A stretch of 64,000 bases of DNA, from NCBI GenBank assembly GCA_937873175.1, contig CALMVT010000347.1, forward strand, positions 2,754 through 66,753, given 5' to 3'. Positions within the stretch are counted from its first letter, which is position 1. The number at the start of each line of letters is the position of its first letter. Positions 52,178 through 60,349 of this stretch are shown here, piece after piece. Position numbers and translations under genes: made by a program. The notes under the pieces were generated by a model. The model searched no databases, was not told the origin of the DNA, and saw only the letters and a program-made list of their open reading frames with translations. Source of the stretch: an uncultured Acetobacteraceae bacterium. GTDB taxonomy: Bacteria; Pseudomonadota; Alphaproteobacteria; Acetobacterales; Acetobacteraceae.

Positions 52178-52908
52178 GCGGCCACCGTGCCGCGGCGGGC
52201 GATGTCGAGGAACACCTGCTCCAGGTCATCCCGCCCGTAACGGTCCAGCAGTTCCGGCGGCGAGCCGCTGTCCACGATTCGCCCTTGCTTCAGCATCAGC
52301 ACGGAGTCGCACAGCCGTTCCACCTCCGCCATGTTGTGCGACGCGAGCAGGACGGTGCAGCCGCTTTCCCGCCGGTAGCGTTCAAGCCAGCCCCGCACCA
52401 TGTCGCCGGTGTCGGGATCAAGGCTCGCCGTCGGCTCGTCCAGCAGCAGCACGTCCGGCCGGTTGATCAGCGATTTCGCCAGGGCCACCCGGGTCTTCTG
52501 CCCCGCGGACAGGTTGCCCGAAGGGCGGTCGAGCAGGCCGGTCAGGTCGAGCTGCGCCGCAAGCTCGCGAATCCGCGCTTCAAGGCCGCGCACGCCGTAA
52601 AGGTGGCCGTACACCCGGAGGTTTTCTGCGACGCTCAGCCGGGACGGCAGCGCGATGTAGGGCGAGGAGAAGTTCATCCGGGCCAGCGCCGCGAACCGGT
52701 CGCGCCCCATGTCATGCCCCAGGATGCGGATGCTGCCGGCAGTCGGGATCAGCAGGCCGAGCAGCATGGCGATGGTCGTCGTCTTGCCCGCGCCGTTGCC
52801 GCCCAGGAGGCCGAGCGTGCCGCCGGGCGCCACGCTGAAGGTGATGCCGTCCACCGCGGTTACGTCGCCGTAGCGCTTGGTCAGGCCCTGGACTTGGATG
52901 GCGTGCAT
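52174..52908 (-). CDS. ABC transporter ATP-binding protein
   Basis: Walker A GGNGAGKTT, signature LSAGQKTR and Walker B LLLDEP. Confidence 0.93.
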   Translation of the reverse strand: MHAIQVQGLTKRYGDVTAVDGITFSVAPGGTLGLLGGNGAGKTTTIAMLLGLLIPTAGSIRILGHDMGRDRFAALARMNFSSPYIALPSRLSVAENLRVYGHLYGVRGLEARIRELAAQLDLTGLLDRPSGNLSAGQKTRVALAKSLINRPDVLLLDEPTASLDPDTGDMVRGWLERYRRESGCTVLLASHNMAEVERLCDSVLMLKQGRIVDSGSPPELLDRYGRDDLEQVFLDIARRGTVAA

Positions 52909-52952
52909 GGCCGGGGATTAAGCGCCTCCGGCCGGTTCGCCAAGGGCTACGC

Positions 52953-54128
52953 CTATGCCGTCACCGCGAGGGCGCGTCCCCGGAACAGCGAGAAACCCTG
53001 GTCCCGCCCCCATTGCAGGGCGTTGTCCTCGTCGGCCCGGCTCAGCACCCATTCGGCGGTTCCGGCCTGCAGGGCGGCCGGCGCGACCCGCATCAGTTCC
53101 GGCGACCAGCGGAGCTGCACGTAGTCCAGCTCCATGGGCGGCAAGCACAGCATGGGCAGCGACGCCGCGGTCACGCCGCGCAGCAGCAGGCGGTAGCCGC
53201 GGGCATGGGCGAACTCCCTGGCAAAAGCGAAGGTGGCCGGGTCGGCCAGCACGTCGGCCGGTTGCAGTTCCAGCACGACGCGCCCGCGCAGTCGGCTCGG
53301 CAATGCGGAGTCGAAGCGCAGGAACTCGGGACCCAGGATGCTGCCCACGTTCAGGTCGAGGCTGAACGGCCCGGCGCGGTGTAGCTCAAACGGCGCGGAC
53401 AGCAAGGCCAGCATCCGGCTGTCGAGAACCCGGGTCAACCGGCGGAACAGCCAGGCATCGGCCCGGATATCGCGGCCGGGCGCCAGGGTGTCGGCCAGTT
53501 CCGAAATGGACAGGCAACGTCTTTCCCAGGCGAGTCGCACTTGGCCGCTGTCCAGCCGGTGGACGGGTTTGCGCCGGGCAAACCGGGTCATGTCGGCGCG
53601 CCTCAATTGCCGCTCCATCATGGCGAGCGCGGCAGCGTCCAGCGGCATGAGGGGCGGAGCGACAGGGATGGCCCGCCGCCAGGGCGGCGCGGCGTCGTCG
53701 GACTCAAGACCGGCGGCGGCCAGAAGCTCCGTGCCGTCGCGCGGCAGGTCGAACAGCCGGACCAGGCTTCGCGCCGTCGCCGGTCCGATGCGGAGGCTGG
53801 TCCCGAGCAGGTGTTCCAAGGCCTCCAATGACTGTTGAAGCAGCGCCGGCGCCAGGCCGCGCCAGCTCACCGCCAGCCGTCCCTTCGGCAGGTCATGCAG
53901 GCGGGCGCGCTCGGCCGAAAGCAGCGGATCAAGCGCGTCCCGAATCAGCCCCAGGTGGTGCGGCCTTGTCAGCCGCGGCGGCAACAGGTCGGCGCGCAAC
54001 AGCAAAACGCGCCGTTCCACGCCCGCCGTTGCGCAATCGCGCACGAGGCCCTGCAAGGCCGCAAGGCCGGGGGAGCCGGCCGGCGCCGCCATGGGCGCCT
54101 CCGGGTGGTCCGGCTCGTTGCCGCTCAT
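52953..54128 (-). CDS. degenerate GGDEF-like / EAL-like protein, paralogue 1 (function unknown)
   Basis: It is colinear with the upstream paralogue. The C-terminal half follows EAL-domain motif spacing, but the key motifs read ERR, LLLRGVTA, VQLRW and FRGR. The start ATG at 54128 overlaps the upstream stop (ATGA). Confidence 0.65.
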   Translation of the reverse strand: MSGNEPDHPEAPMAAPAGSPGLAALQGLVRDCATAGVERRVLLLRADLLPPRLTRPHHLGLIRDALDPLLSAERARLHDLPKGRLAVSWRGLAPALLQQSLEALEHLLGTSLRIGPATARSLVRLFDLPRDGTELLAAAGLESDDAAPPWRRAIPVAPPLMPLDAAALAMMERQLRRADMTRFARRKPVHRLDSGQVRLAWERRCLSISELADTLAPGRDIRADAWLFRRLTRVLDSRMLALLSAPFELHRAGPFSLDLNVGSILGPEFLRFDSALPSRLRGRVVLELQPADVLADPATFAFAREFAHARGYRLLLRGVTAASLPMLCLPPMELDYVQLRWSPELMRVAPAALQAGTAEWVLSRADEDNALQWGRDQGFSLFRGRALAVTA

Positions 54129-55384
54129 GCCATGGCCATTGATCGGGCGGCGAGCGGGGAAGCGGCGTCGAGCAAGGCCGGGTTGCGGCAGCCCGCCCGC
54201 CCGGCCGGCCCGGTGGCGGAGGCGCGCTCCGCGCATTGCCGCATCGAGCAGCGGCCCGGCCCGCAGGCGCCGATGCGCTGGGCCGCCAGCATGGTGTCCA
54301 CCCAGCGTCCCTGGAACCGGCGGATGCCGTGCGCCAAGCCCCAACGCAGGGCGTCCTCCGTTTCCGCCCGGTGCAGCACGACGCGGCTTTCTCCCAACGC
54401 GGCCACCGCTTGCGCAACCGCGGCGCCGGCCTCGGGCAGCTGCGGGGACCAGTCGAGCTTGATGAGGTCCGGCTCCAGCACCGCTGGCACCGTCAGCATC
54501 AGCGCGTGGTGCGACACGCCGTCCAGCACGAGCGACAGCCCGGCAAACCGGAGGCGTGTGCGGGCGGCGGTGAACGCTTCCGGGTCCGCGCAGGCCTCGA
54601 CCAGCGAGATTTCAATGGCGACCTGGGCGGCGATGGCCCGGCAGGCCGCCGCAAACCGCGCGAACGGGTCGGACAGGATGCCGGACAGCGTCAGGTTGAG
54701 GTGCAGCTTCGGTCCTACGCCCCGCGCCCCGGCCGTCAACGGGCCGTTCGCCTGCAAATCTTGACGAAGCGCATCCAGCATCCGGGCGTCCAGCCGGCTG
54801 GCCAGGTGGCGGAACAGGAACGGGTCCGCATGCGCCTGCCCCGTTGCGGCGATCCGGGTTTCCAGCACGGCAACGGAAAAGGAAATTTCCCGGAACAAGG
54901 GCTGCAAGCGGGCGTCCCGCCCCGGTGCGAGCAGCACGGCAGTTTGCCGCTGCGTGAGGTCGGTGATGCGGTTCTGCCCGACCACGGATTCAAGCTCGTT
55001 GATCGCTTGGGCGCTGCCCTTCGGCTCGGCGAAGGGAGGCTCGGGCGGGACATCCAGCACGCGGGCCTGGGCATAGCGCAGCAGGGCCGCGCCGTCGTCT
55101 TCCAGCGACCACAGCGTGAACAGTTGGGCCGAGTCCGGCACGTCCATCTGGAACAGTTGCGCCAGCGTGGCCGCCAGCGGGCTGCCGCCGTCGTCACACT
55201 GGAACAACAGCAGCAGGTCGTCGTTGTGCAGCGCAAAGACCTGGCCCGCCTGCCGCTGCGCCGCATCGTCCATCACGGCGCGGGCGATGCGCCGGTGGTG
55301 CGGGCGTGGTGCGGGCGGGGTCAGTTGCGACAAGTGCAGCACGAGCGCCATTCGGCCGTGCGGCGCGCGCAGGGCACGCTCCAC
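54125..55384 (-). CDS. degenerate GGDEF-like / EAL-like protein, paralogue 2, with Cys-rich C-terminal tail (function unknown)
   Basis: EAL-like C-terminal half reading LNLTLS, EISLVE, LVLDGVSH, IKLDW, AETED and FQGR. The N-terminal half resembles GGDEF, with HNDDL in place of GGDEF. The tail reads CGPGRCSMRQC...C. The start is GTG 55384 or ATG 55351. Confidence 0.65.
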   Translation of the reverse strand: MERALRAPHGRMALVLHLSQLTPPAPRPHHRRIARAVMDDAAQRQAGQVFALHNDDLLLLFQCDDGGSPLAATLAQLFQMDVPDSAQLFTLWSLEDDGAALLRYAQARVLDVPPEPPFAEPKGSAQAINELESVVGQNRITDLTQRQTAVLLAPGRDARLQPLFREISFSVAVLETRIAATGQAHADPFLFRHLASRLDARMLDALRQDLQANGPLTAGARGVGPKLHLNLTLSGILSDPFARFAAACRAIAAQVAIEISLVEACADPEAFTAARTRLRFAGLSLVLDGVSHHALMLTVPAVLEPDLIKLDWSPQLPEAGAAVAQAVAALGESRVVLHRAETEDALRWGLAHGIRRFQGRWVDTMLAAQRIGACGPGRCSMRQCAERASATGPAGRAGCRNPALLDAASPLAARSMAMA

Positions 55385-55504
55385 CGCATCCAGCAGGTGC
55401 CGCCCGATGTGGGGGGCCGCCGCAACCGTTCCACGGATGCCGGCGATGGCGCTTTGAGATTTCAGTGTCGTGATCCCCGCTTGGTGGGGGTAAGATGCCG
55501 TATT

Positions 55505-56308
55505 ATGATTACCAGCAGGTTAGCAAACTTCGCTTCCGTGTTCGGCATGGGCCAGCGGGCGCCGGACCTTCCCCGGCTGGCGCCGGGTCGCCGGGTCTAC
55601 GCCATCGGCGACGTGCATGGGCACTTGCCGCAGCTCCAGGCGCTGCATGAGGCAATTGCCAACGACCTCAGCGAGCGCCCGGTCAGCCGGCCGCTGCTGG
55701 TTCACATGGGTGACCTCATCGACCGCGGCCCGGAGTCGGCCGGGGTGCTCGCGCTGTTGGCCGCCGGGCCGCCGGTGCCCGGCGTGCCGATGGTGAACCT
55801 CATGGGCAACCACGAATGGATGTTCCTGTCGGCCTTGGCCCTGCAGGACCAGCGCGAAGCCGACAATTGGCTCGACAATGGCGGCACCGAAACTTTGGAA
55901 AGTTGGGGCATCCGCCCGTCCGTCTCGCTGGAACGTTGGCCGGCGCTTGTGCCGCGCGAGCACGTCCTGTTCCTGCGCGGCCTGGCCGCCTGGTATCAAC
56001 GCGACGGCTACGTGTTCGTCCATGCAGGCGTCCGGCCCGGCGTGCCGCTGACCCGACAGATGTGGTCCGACCTGCTTTGGATTCGCAACCCGTTCCTTGA
56101 CCGGCGCGGCCCCCTGCTGCCGGACGCCCCCGATGTCGTGGTCGTGCACGGCCACACGCCGCAGCCGGAGCCGACGCTGCGCGCCAATCGCATCGGCATC
56201 GACACCGGCGCCGGCCGCGGCGGGCCGCTGACCTGCGCCGTGCTGGACGGCGACGACGTGCGTTTCCTCCAGGCGGACCCGCCCGGCAAGCACCAAACGC
56301 CCTCGTGA
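55505..56308 (+). CDS. metallophosphoesterase, PrpA/ApaH-like serine/threonine phosphatase family
   Basis: Motifs GDVHG, GDLIDRG, GNHE and VHGHTP. ATG 55547 is an alternative start. Confidence 0.85.
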   Translation: MITSRLANFASVFGMGQRAPDLPRLAPGRRVYAIGDVHGHLPQLQALHEAIANDLSERPVSRPLLVHMGDLIDRGPESAGVLALLAAGPPVPGVPMVNLMGNHEWMFLSALALQDQREADNWLDNGGTETLESWGIRPSVSLERWPALVPREHVLFLRGLAAWYQRDGYVFVHAGVRPGVPLTRQMWSDLLWIRNPFLDRRGPLLPDAPDVVVVHGHTPQPEPTLRANRIGIDTGAGRGGPLTCAVLDGDDVRFLQADPPGKHQTPS

Positions 56309-56351
56309 CGGCGACGCGCGACTTGCCACCTGCGCAGGGGAACGGTAGCCC

Positions 56352-57896
56352 ATGACGATGGACGACACATTCCAGCCCGGCCCGTCCGGCGGCGATCCAG
56401 CCCAGGCCCCCTCCGAAGATCCGTTGGCGCTTGACCCGGATGGCCTCGCCGACGCCGTGCGCCGCTTGGCCCGCACCAGCGTCATGGTGATCGGCGACGT
56501 AATGCTCGACCGCTACGTATACGGGACGGTGGAGCGGATCAGCCCGGAAGCGCCCATCCCGATCCTGACGGTGGAGCGCGAGGTGGCGATGCCGGGCGGC
56601 GCGGGCAACGTGGTGCGCAACCTGACGGCGCTCGGCGCGGCGGTGGCTTTTGTGTCGGTGGTCGGGGACGACCAAGCAGGGTCGGACCTCACGGGCCTGG
56701 TCGGCGGCCAGCCCGGCGTCGAGCCGTGGCTGCTGGTGCAGGGCGCCCGGGCCACCACGGTCAAGACGCGCTACGTCAGCCAGGGCCAGCAGTTGCTGCG
56801 GTCCGACAGGGAAGAAACGGGGCCGGTCAACCCGAAGCTCGCCGAGCGCATGATGCGGATCGCGAACGACACCCTGGCCGCAACGTCGGTCGCCATCCTG
56901 TCCGATTACAACAAGGGCGTGCTGTCCGGGGACATCCCGGTGCAGTTGATCGCCGCCGCAAAGGCCGGCGGGCGCCGGGTCGTGGTGGACCCCAAAGGAC
57001 CGGACTACGCCCGCTATGCCGGCGCAGACGTGGTGACGCCCAACCGCCGGGAACTAGCGGAAGCGACGGGCTTGCCGGTTGGCGACGAGGCCGCCATCGT
57101 CGTCGCGGCCACGGCGCTGCGTGACGCGCACAGGTTCGGCGCCGTGCTGGTGACGCGGGCGGAGGACGGCATGACGCTGCTGGACGCCGATGGCGTCCAC
57201 CACTTCCCGGCAGAAGCGGCGGAGGTGTTCGACGTGTCCGGCGCCGGGGACACGGTGGTGGCGACGCTGGCCGCGGCGATGGCGGCCGGGCTGCCGCTGC
57301 CGATGGCGGCGCGCTTGGCGAACATCGCGGCCGGGATCGTCGTCGGCAAGGTCGGCACCGCCGTCGCGCGGGAAGGAGACCTGCTTTCGGCCCTCAGCCC
57401 CCAGGGCGGCGCGCTGCGCAAAGTGGTGACGCGAGAAGCGGCGGCAGAGCAGGTGGAACGCTGGCGCCGCCGGGGCTGGCGGACCGGCTTCACCAACGGC
57501 TGCTTCGACCTGCTGCACCCCGGCCACGTCCACCTTCTAGAGCAGGCGCGCAGCCAATGCGACCGCCTGGTGGTCGGGCTGAACTCGGACGCCAGCGTGC
57601 GGCGTTTGAAGGGCAGCAGCCGCCCGGTGCAGCCGGAAGCCGCGCGCGCGGCGGTGCTGGCCAGCCTGTCCGCCGTGGACGTGGTGTGCGTTTACGACGA
57701 GGATACGCCGGTCGAGACCTTGGCCGAGTTGCGGCCGGACCTGCTGATCAAGGGGGCCGACTACACCGTGGAAACCGTGGTCGGCGCTGACCTGGTGCAG
57801 GGCTGGGGCGGCCGGGTCTGGCTGGCCGAGCTGCTGCCGGGCTACTCGACCACGGCCACGGTGCAGCGGATGACGGCGGTGCGGAACGCGGGGTAG
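56352..57896 (+). CDS. hldE: bifunctional heptose-7-phosphate kinase / heptose-1-phosphate adenylyltransferase
   Basis: Ribokinase-like N-terminal domain (DVSGAGDT) plus a cytidylyltransferase domain (TNGCFDLLHPGHV). Confidence 0.93.
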   Translation: MTMDDTFQPGPSGGDPAQAPSEDPLALDPDGLADAVRRLARTSVMVIGDVMLDRYVYGTVERISPEAPIPILTVEREVAMPGGAGNVVRNLTALGAAVAFVSVVGDDQAGSDLTGLVGGQPGVEPWLLVQGARATTVKTRYVSQGQQLLRSDREETGPVNPKLAERMMRIANDTLAATSVAILSDYNKGVLSGDIPVQLIAAAKAGGRRVVVDPKGPDYARYAGADVVTPNRRELAEATGLPVGDEAAIVVAATALRDAHRFGAVLVTRAEDGMTLLDADGVHHFPAEAAEVFDVSGAGDTVVATLAAAMAAGLPLPMAARLANIAAGIVVGKVGTAVAREGDLLSALSPQGGALRKVVTREAAAEQVERWRRRGWRTGFTNGCFDLLHPGHVHLLEQARSQCDRLVVGLNSDASVRRLKGSSRPVQPEAARAAVLASLSAVDVVCVYDEDTPVETLAELRPDLLIKGADYTVETVVGADLVQGWGGRVWLAELLPGYSTTATVQRMTAVRNAG

Positions 57897-57913
57897 GCCG
57901 CCCGCGGCAGCCT

Positions 57914-58390
57914 TTATTCCGCGCGGAGCGCCATTCGCAGGCTATTTTGCCCGTCAGGGTCCTGCAGCCAGGCCAAGCGCTGGGCGGCCTGGGTGGCGAA
58001 ACGGTGGAGCAAGGCGCGGCGGCGGGCCGGAGACAGGGCGTGGATCGGCGGCTCGCATACGACCTCCGCAGTTCCGTCGCAGGCGACGATCCATCCGGTG
58101 TCGGCGGGCAGCAGCGCCAGCGGGAAACCCGGGTCCACCGCGAAATACAGGCAATCCGAGTAGTCGCGGTACTCCGGCCACTTACTGTCGGACAGGAAGT
58201 CGCGCGCCCCAGACTTCACCTCAATGCAGGCGAATCCCCCATCAGGGCGCAGTGCCATGATATCCGCCCGGCGATTGTTCGGCAGCGGCATCTCATGCAG
58301 CGGCGACCAGCCGAGCTGGAAGCACAGCCGGGACGCAGCCCGCCGGATCGCCAGGGACCGCTCGGGGAGGGTCGCAACGTCTAGGTCCAT
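57914..58390 (-). CDS. mmcB: MmcB-family DNA repair protein (PD-(D/E)xK-like)
   Basis: Sequence RRADIMALRPDGGFACIEVKSGARDFLSDSKWPEYRDY. Confidence 0.75.
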   Translation of the reverse strand: MDLDVATLPERSLAIRRAASRLCFQLGWSPLHEMPLPNNRRADIMALRPDGGFACIEVKSGARDFLSDSKWPEYRDYSDCLYFAVDPGFPLALLPADTGWIVACDGTAEVVCEPPIHALSPARRRALLHRFATQAAQRLAWLQDPDGQNSLRMALRAE

Positions 58391-58411
58391 GACCCGTTCT
58401 AACCCGCACCG

Positions 58412-58720
58412 TCACCCAGGCAAAATGGCGTCGATGGCCCGGGCCAGCGCGATGTCCCGTTCAGATAACCCGTCAGCGTCGTGCGTGGTGAGGACAATTG
58501 AGACCCGGTTGTAGACGTTCAACCATTCGGGATGGTGGTCGTGCCGTTCCGCCAGCAGGGCCACCCTCGCCATGAAGCCCCAGGCGGCGCTGAAGTCCTT
58601 GAACCTGAAATCCCGCGCGATGGCGTCCCGATCCGGTAGCAGACGCCAATGGGGCAGGCTGGATGCGAGCCGGTCGCGCTCGCCCGGCGGCAACGGCTCG
58701 ATGGGGGCGGGACGCGGCAT
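58412..58720 (-). CDS. phhB: pterin-4a-carbinolamine dehydratase
   Basis: 102 aa with [27 protein letters not shown]. Confidence 0.9.
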   Translation of the reverse strand: MPRPAPIEPLPPGERDRLASSLPHWRLLPDRDAIARDFRFKDFSAAWGFMARVALLAERHDHHPEWLNVYNRVSIVLTTHDADGLSERDIALARAIDAILPG

Positions 58721-58759
58721 TTCGGTTGACCTCCGGCGCAGGATGGGGCGGATAAGCGC

Positions 58760-59158
58760 ATGCCCACCTATACCCTGCCCCCCGCGCCTGAGGACATCGC
58801 CGACTTGGCCGACCGGGCGCTTGCCGCGATGCCGGACACCCTGCGCCGCCGGGTGCGCGGCGTGTCGATCCTGGTGGAGGAGGTCGCAGACGACGAGACC
58901 CTGGGCGAGCTGGGCATTGAGAACGCCTGGGAGCTGACCGGCCTGTATCGCGGGGTGCCGCTTGGGCAAAAGGACGCGGGCAGCACGCCACAGGCGCCGG
59001 ACCTGATCGTGCTGTATCGCGAGCCGATCCTGCTGGAATGGATCGAAACGGGGGAGGACCTGTTCCGCCTGGTCCGCAACGTGCTAATCCATGAGATCGC
59101 CCACCATTTCGGCTTCAGCGACGCTGACATCGCGGCGCTCGAAGCGGATTGGGAATAG
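58760..59158 (+). CDS. zincin-like metallopeptidase family protein (DUF1025 type)
   Basis: 132 aa ending with the HEIAHHFG zinc motif. Confidence 0.75.
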   Translation: MPTYTLPPAPEDIADLADRALAAMPDTLRRRVRGVSILVEEVADDETLGELGIENAWELTGLYRGVPLGQKDAGSTPQAPDLIVLYREPILLEWIETGEDLFRLVRNVLIHEIAHHFGFSDADIAALEADWE

Positions 59159-59217
59159 GCTTCCCGCGAAGAAATGGCGCTTAGGGGTTGTTAACGATCC
59201 CTGGGTAGAATGCGCCC

Positions 59218-60234
59218 ATGCTTGCCGCATCGCTATTGCCGCCCGGGCTGGAAGACGCCCCCAACCGGTGCACCTTCGAGCACCCGCTGTTCAGCAAGCT
59301 GGGCGCGGTGGTGTTCCGTCCTGCCGAAGCGGACGGCACGCCGTCCCTGGTCATGCCGCTGGGCCGCAGCACCGCTGTGCTGCCGCTGTGGTCGCTCCAG
59401 GCCGAGCTTCGCATCGACCGCGCTTCGGCGGACGGCCGGATGCTGGCCCAGGTCGCCCGGTCGCTCAACTTCGTCGCCGATCTGCGCCTCGGCGATCTGC
59501 TGCCGGTTGAAGTGCTGGATGGCGAGGCAAGTTGGCAGCCCAGCCCGGCGCACCAGCAATTGGCGGCGTCGCGCCTGAAACTGCGGCTGAGCAGCCAGCT
59601 TGGCGCGGATGCGTCGGTGGATTGGGGCCGGGCCGGGCCGCAAGCCGTGCTGCTGGCGGCGGCACAGCCCGGCATGCGGCTTGCCTTGCAGGCGGCCTGC
59701 ATCGAGGCCGCGGCGCGGCTCGGTATTCCGGACGCGGCGGGGGCCGCCCGGTTGGTGGAGGCCGCGGCGCATGAGCTGGGCTTCATTGAGGCGCTGCGGG
59801 ACTGGCTGCTGCGCCGGGTCGCGCTGCTGGCCGAGCAGGTGCGGCGTCTGGCGGCCGGCCTGGCGCAGAACCTGTCCGGCTTGGAACTGCTGTCCCGCGT
59901 CACGCGGCTGACCAGCATCGCCGTCGAGAAGATCAGCGCGCGCTTCGCGGACGTGGACGCCCAGACCGCGATCGTGCTGGACGTGCTGCGGGCGCTGGAA
60001 GCCTGGCGAGACGCCATCCGCCAGCATCGGGACTGGCTGTATTGCAGCCTGCGCGGCTGGGAGCCGATCCTGACGGCATGGGAACTCGCGGTGCCCGGCT
60101 GGTCGGCCGCCACCTGGCCGCTGCTGGGCCGCACATACCGTTTCCTTGCTCCACGCTTCATGCCGATGCAGGAATGGCAGACCGCCCGCCCCAAGCTGCA
60201 GAACGGCGAGCCGGAGCTGCAGATGGTCTGGTGA
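59218..60234 (+). CDS. hypothetical protein, no recognisable domain
   Basis: 338-aa ORF with coding-like GC3 bias. The N-terminal third is beta-rich and the C-terminal two-thirds are Ala/Leu/Arg-rich and helical. There is no TM segment or signal peptide. Confidence 0.6.
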   Translation: MLAASLLPPGLEDAPNRCTFEHPLFSKLGAVVFRPAEADGTPSLVMPLGRSTAVLPLWSLQAELRIDRASADGRMLAQVARSLNFVADLRLGDLLPVEVLDGEASWQPSPAHQQLAASRLKLRLSSQLGADASVDWGRAGPQAVLLAAAQPGMRLALQAACIEAAARLGIPDAAGAARLVEAAAHELGFIEALRDWLLRRVALLAEQVRRLAAGLAQNLSGLELLSRVTRLTSIAVEKISARFADVDAQTAIVLDVLRALEAWRDAIRQHRDWLYCSLRGWEPILTAWELAVPGWSAATWPLLGRTYRFLAPRFMPMQEWQTARPKLQNGEPELQMVW

Positions 60235-60349
60235 CGCCTGACGATTGCGGGCGCGTCCGCCACTTGAATGAAGGGCCGACTTCCTCGATCCGCGTCTTGT
60301 GAGGGCCGGGGTTGTGCGGTACGGCATGGCGGGAGGTGGCACGGAGGCA

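Noticed and set aside
51363-52229. The upstream 289 codons of ORF 50730-52229.
   Set aside because: They overlap the ABC-2 permease gene in another frame. Only the last 210 codons (from MSTNFWLIRHA) look like a histidine phosphatase.
54129-54344. A 72-codon N-terminal extension of the downstream EAL-like paralogue.
   Set aside because: It overlaps the 3' end of the upstream paralogue. ATG 54128 gives an ATGA coupling junction, and the paralogue alignment starts after it.
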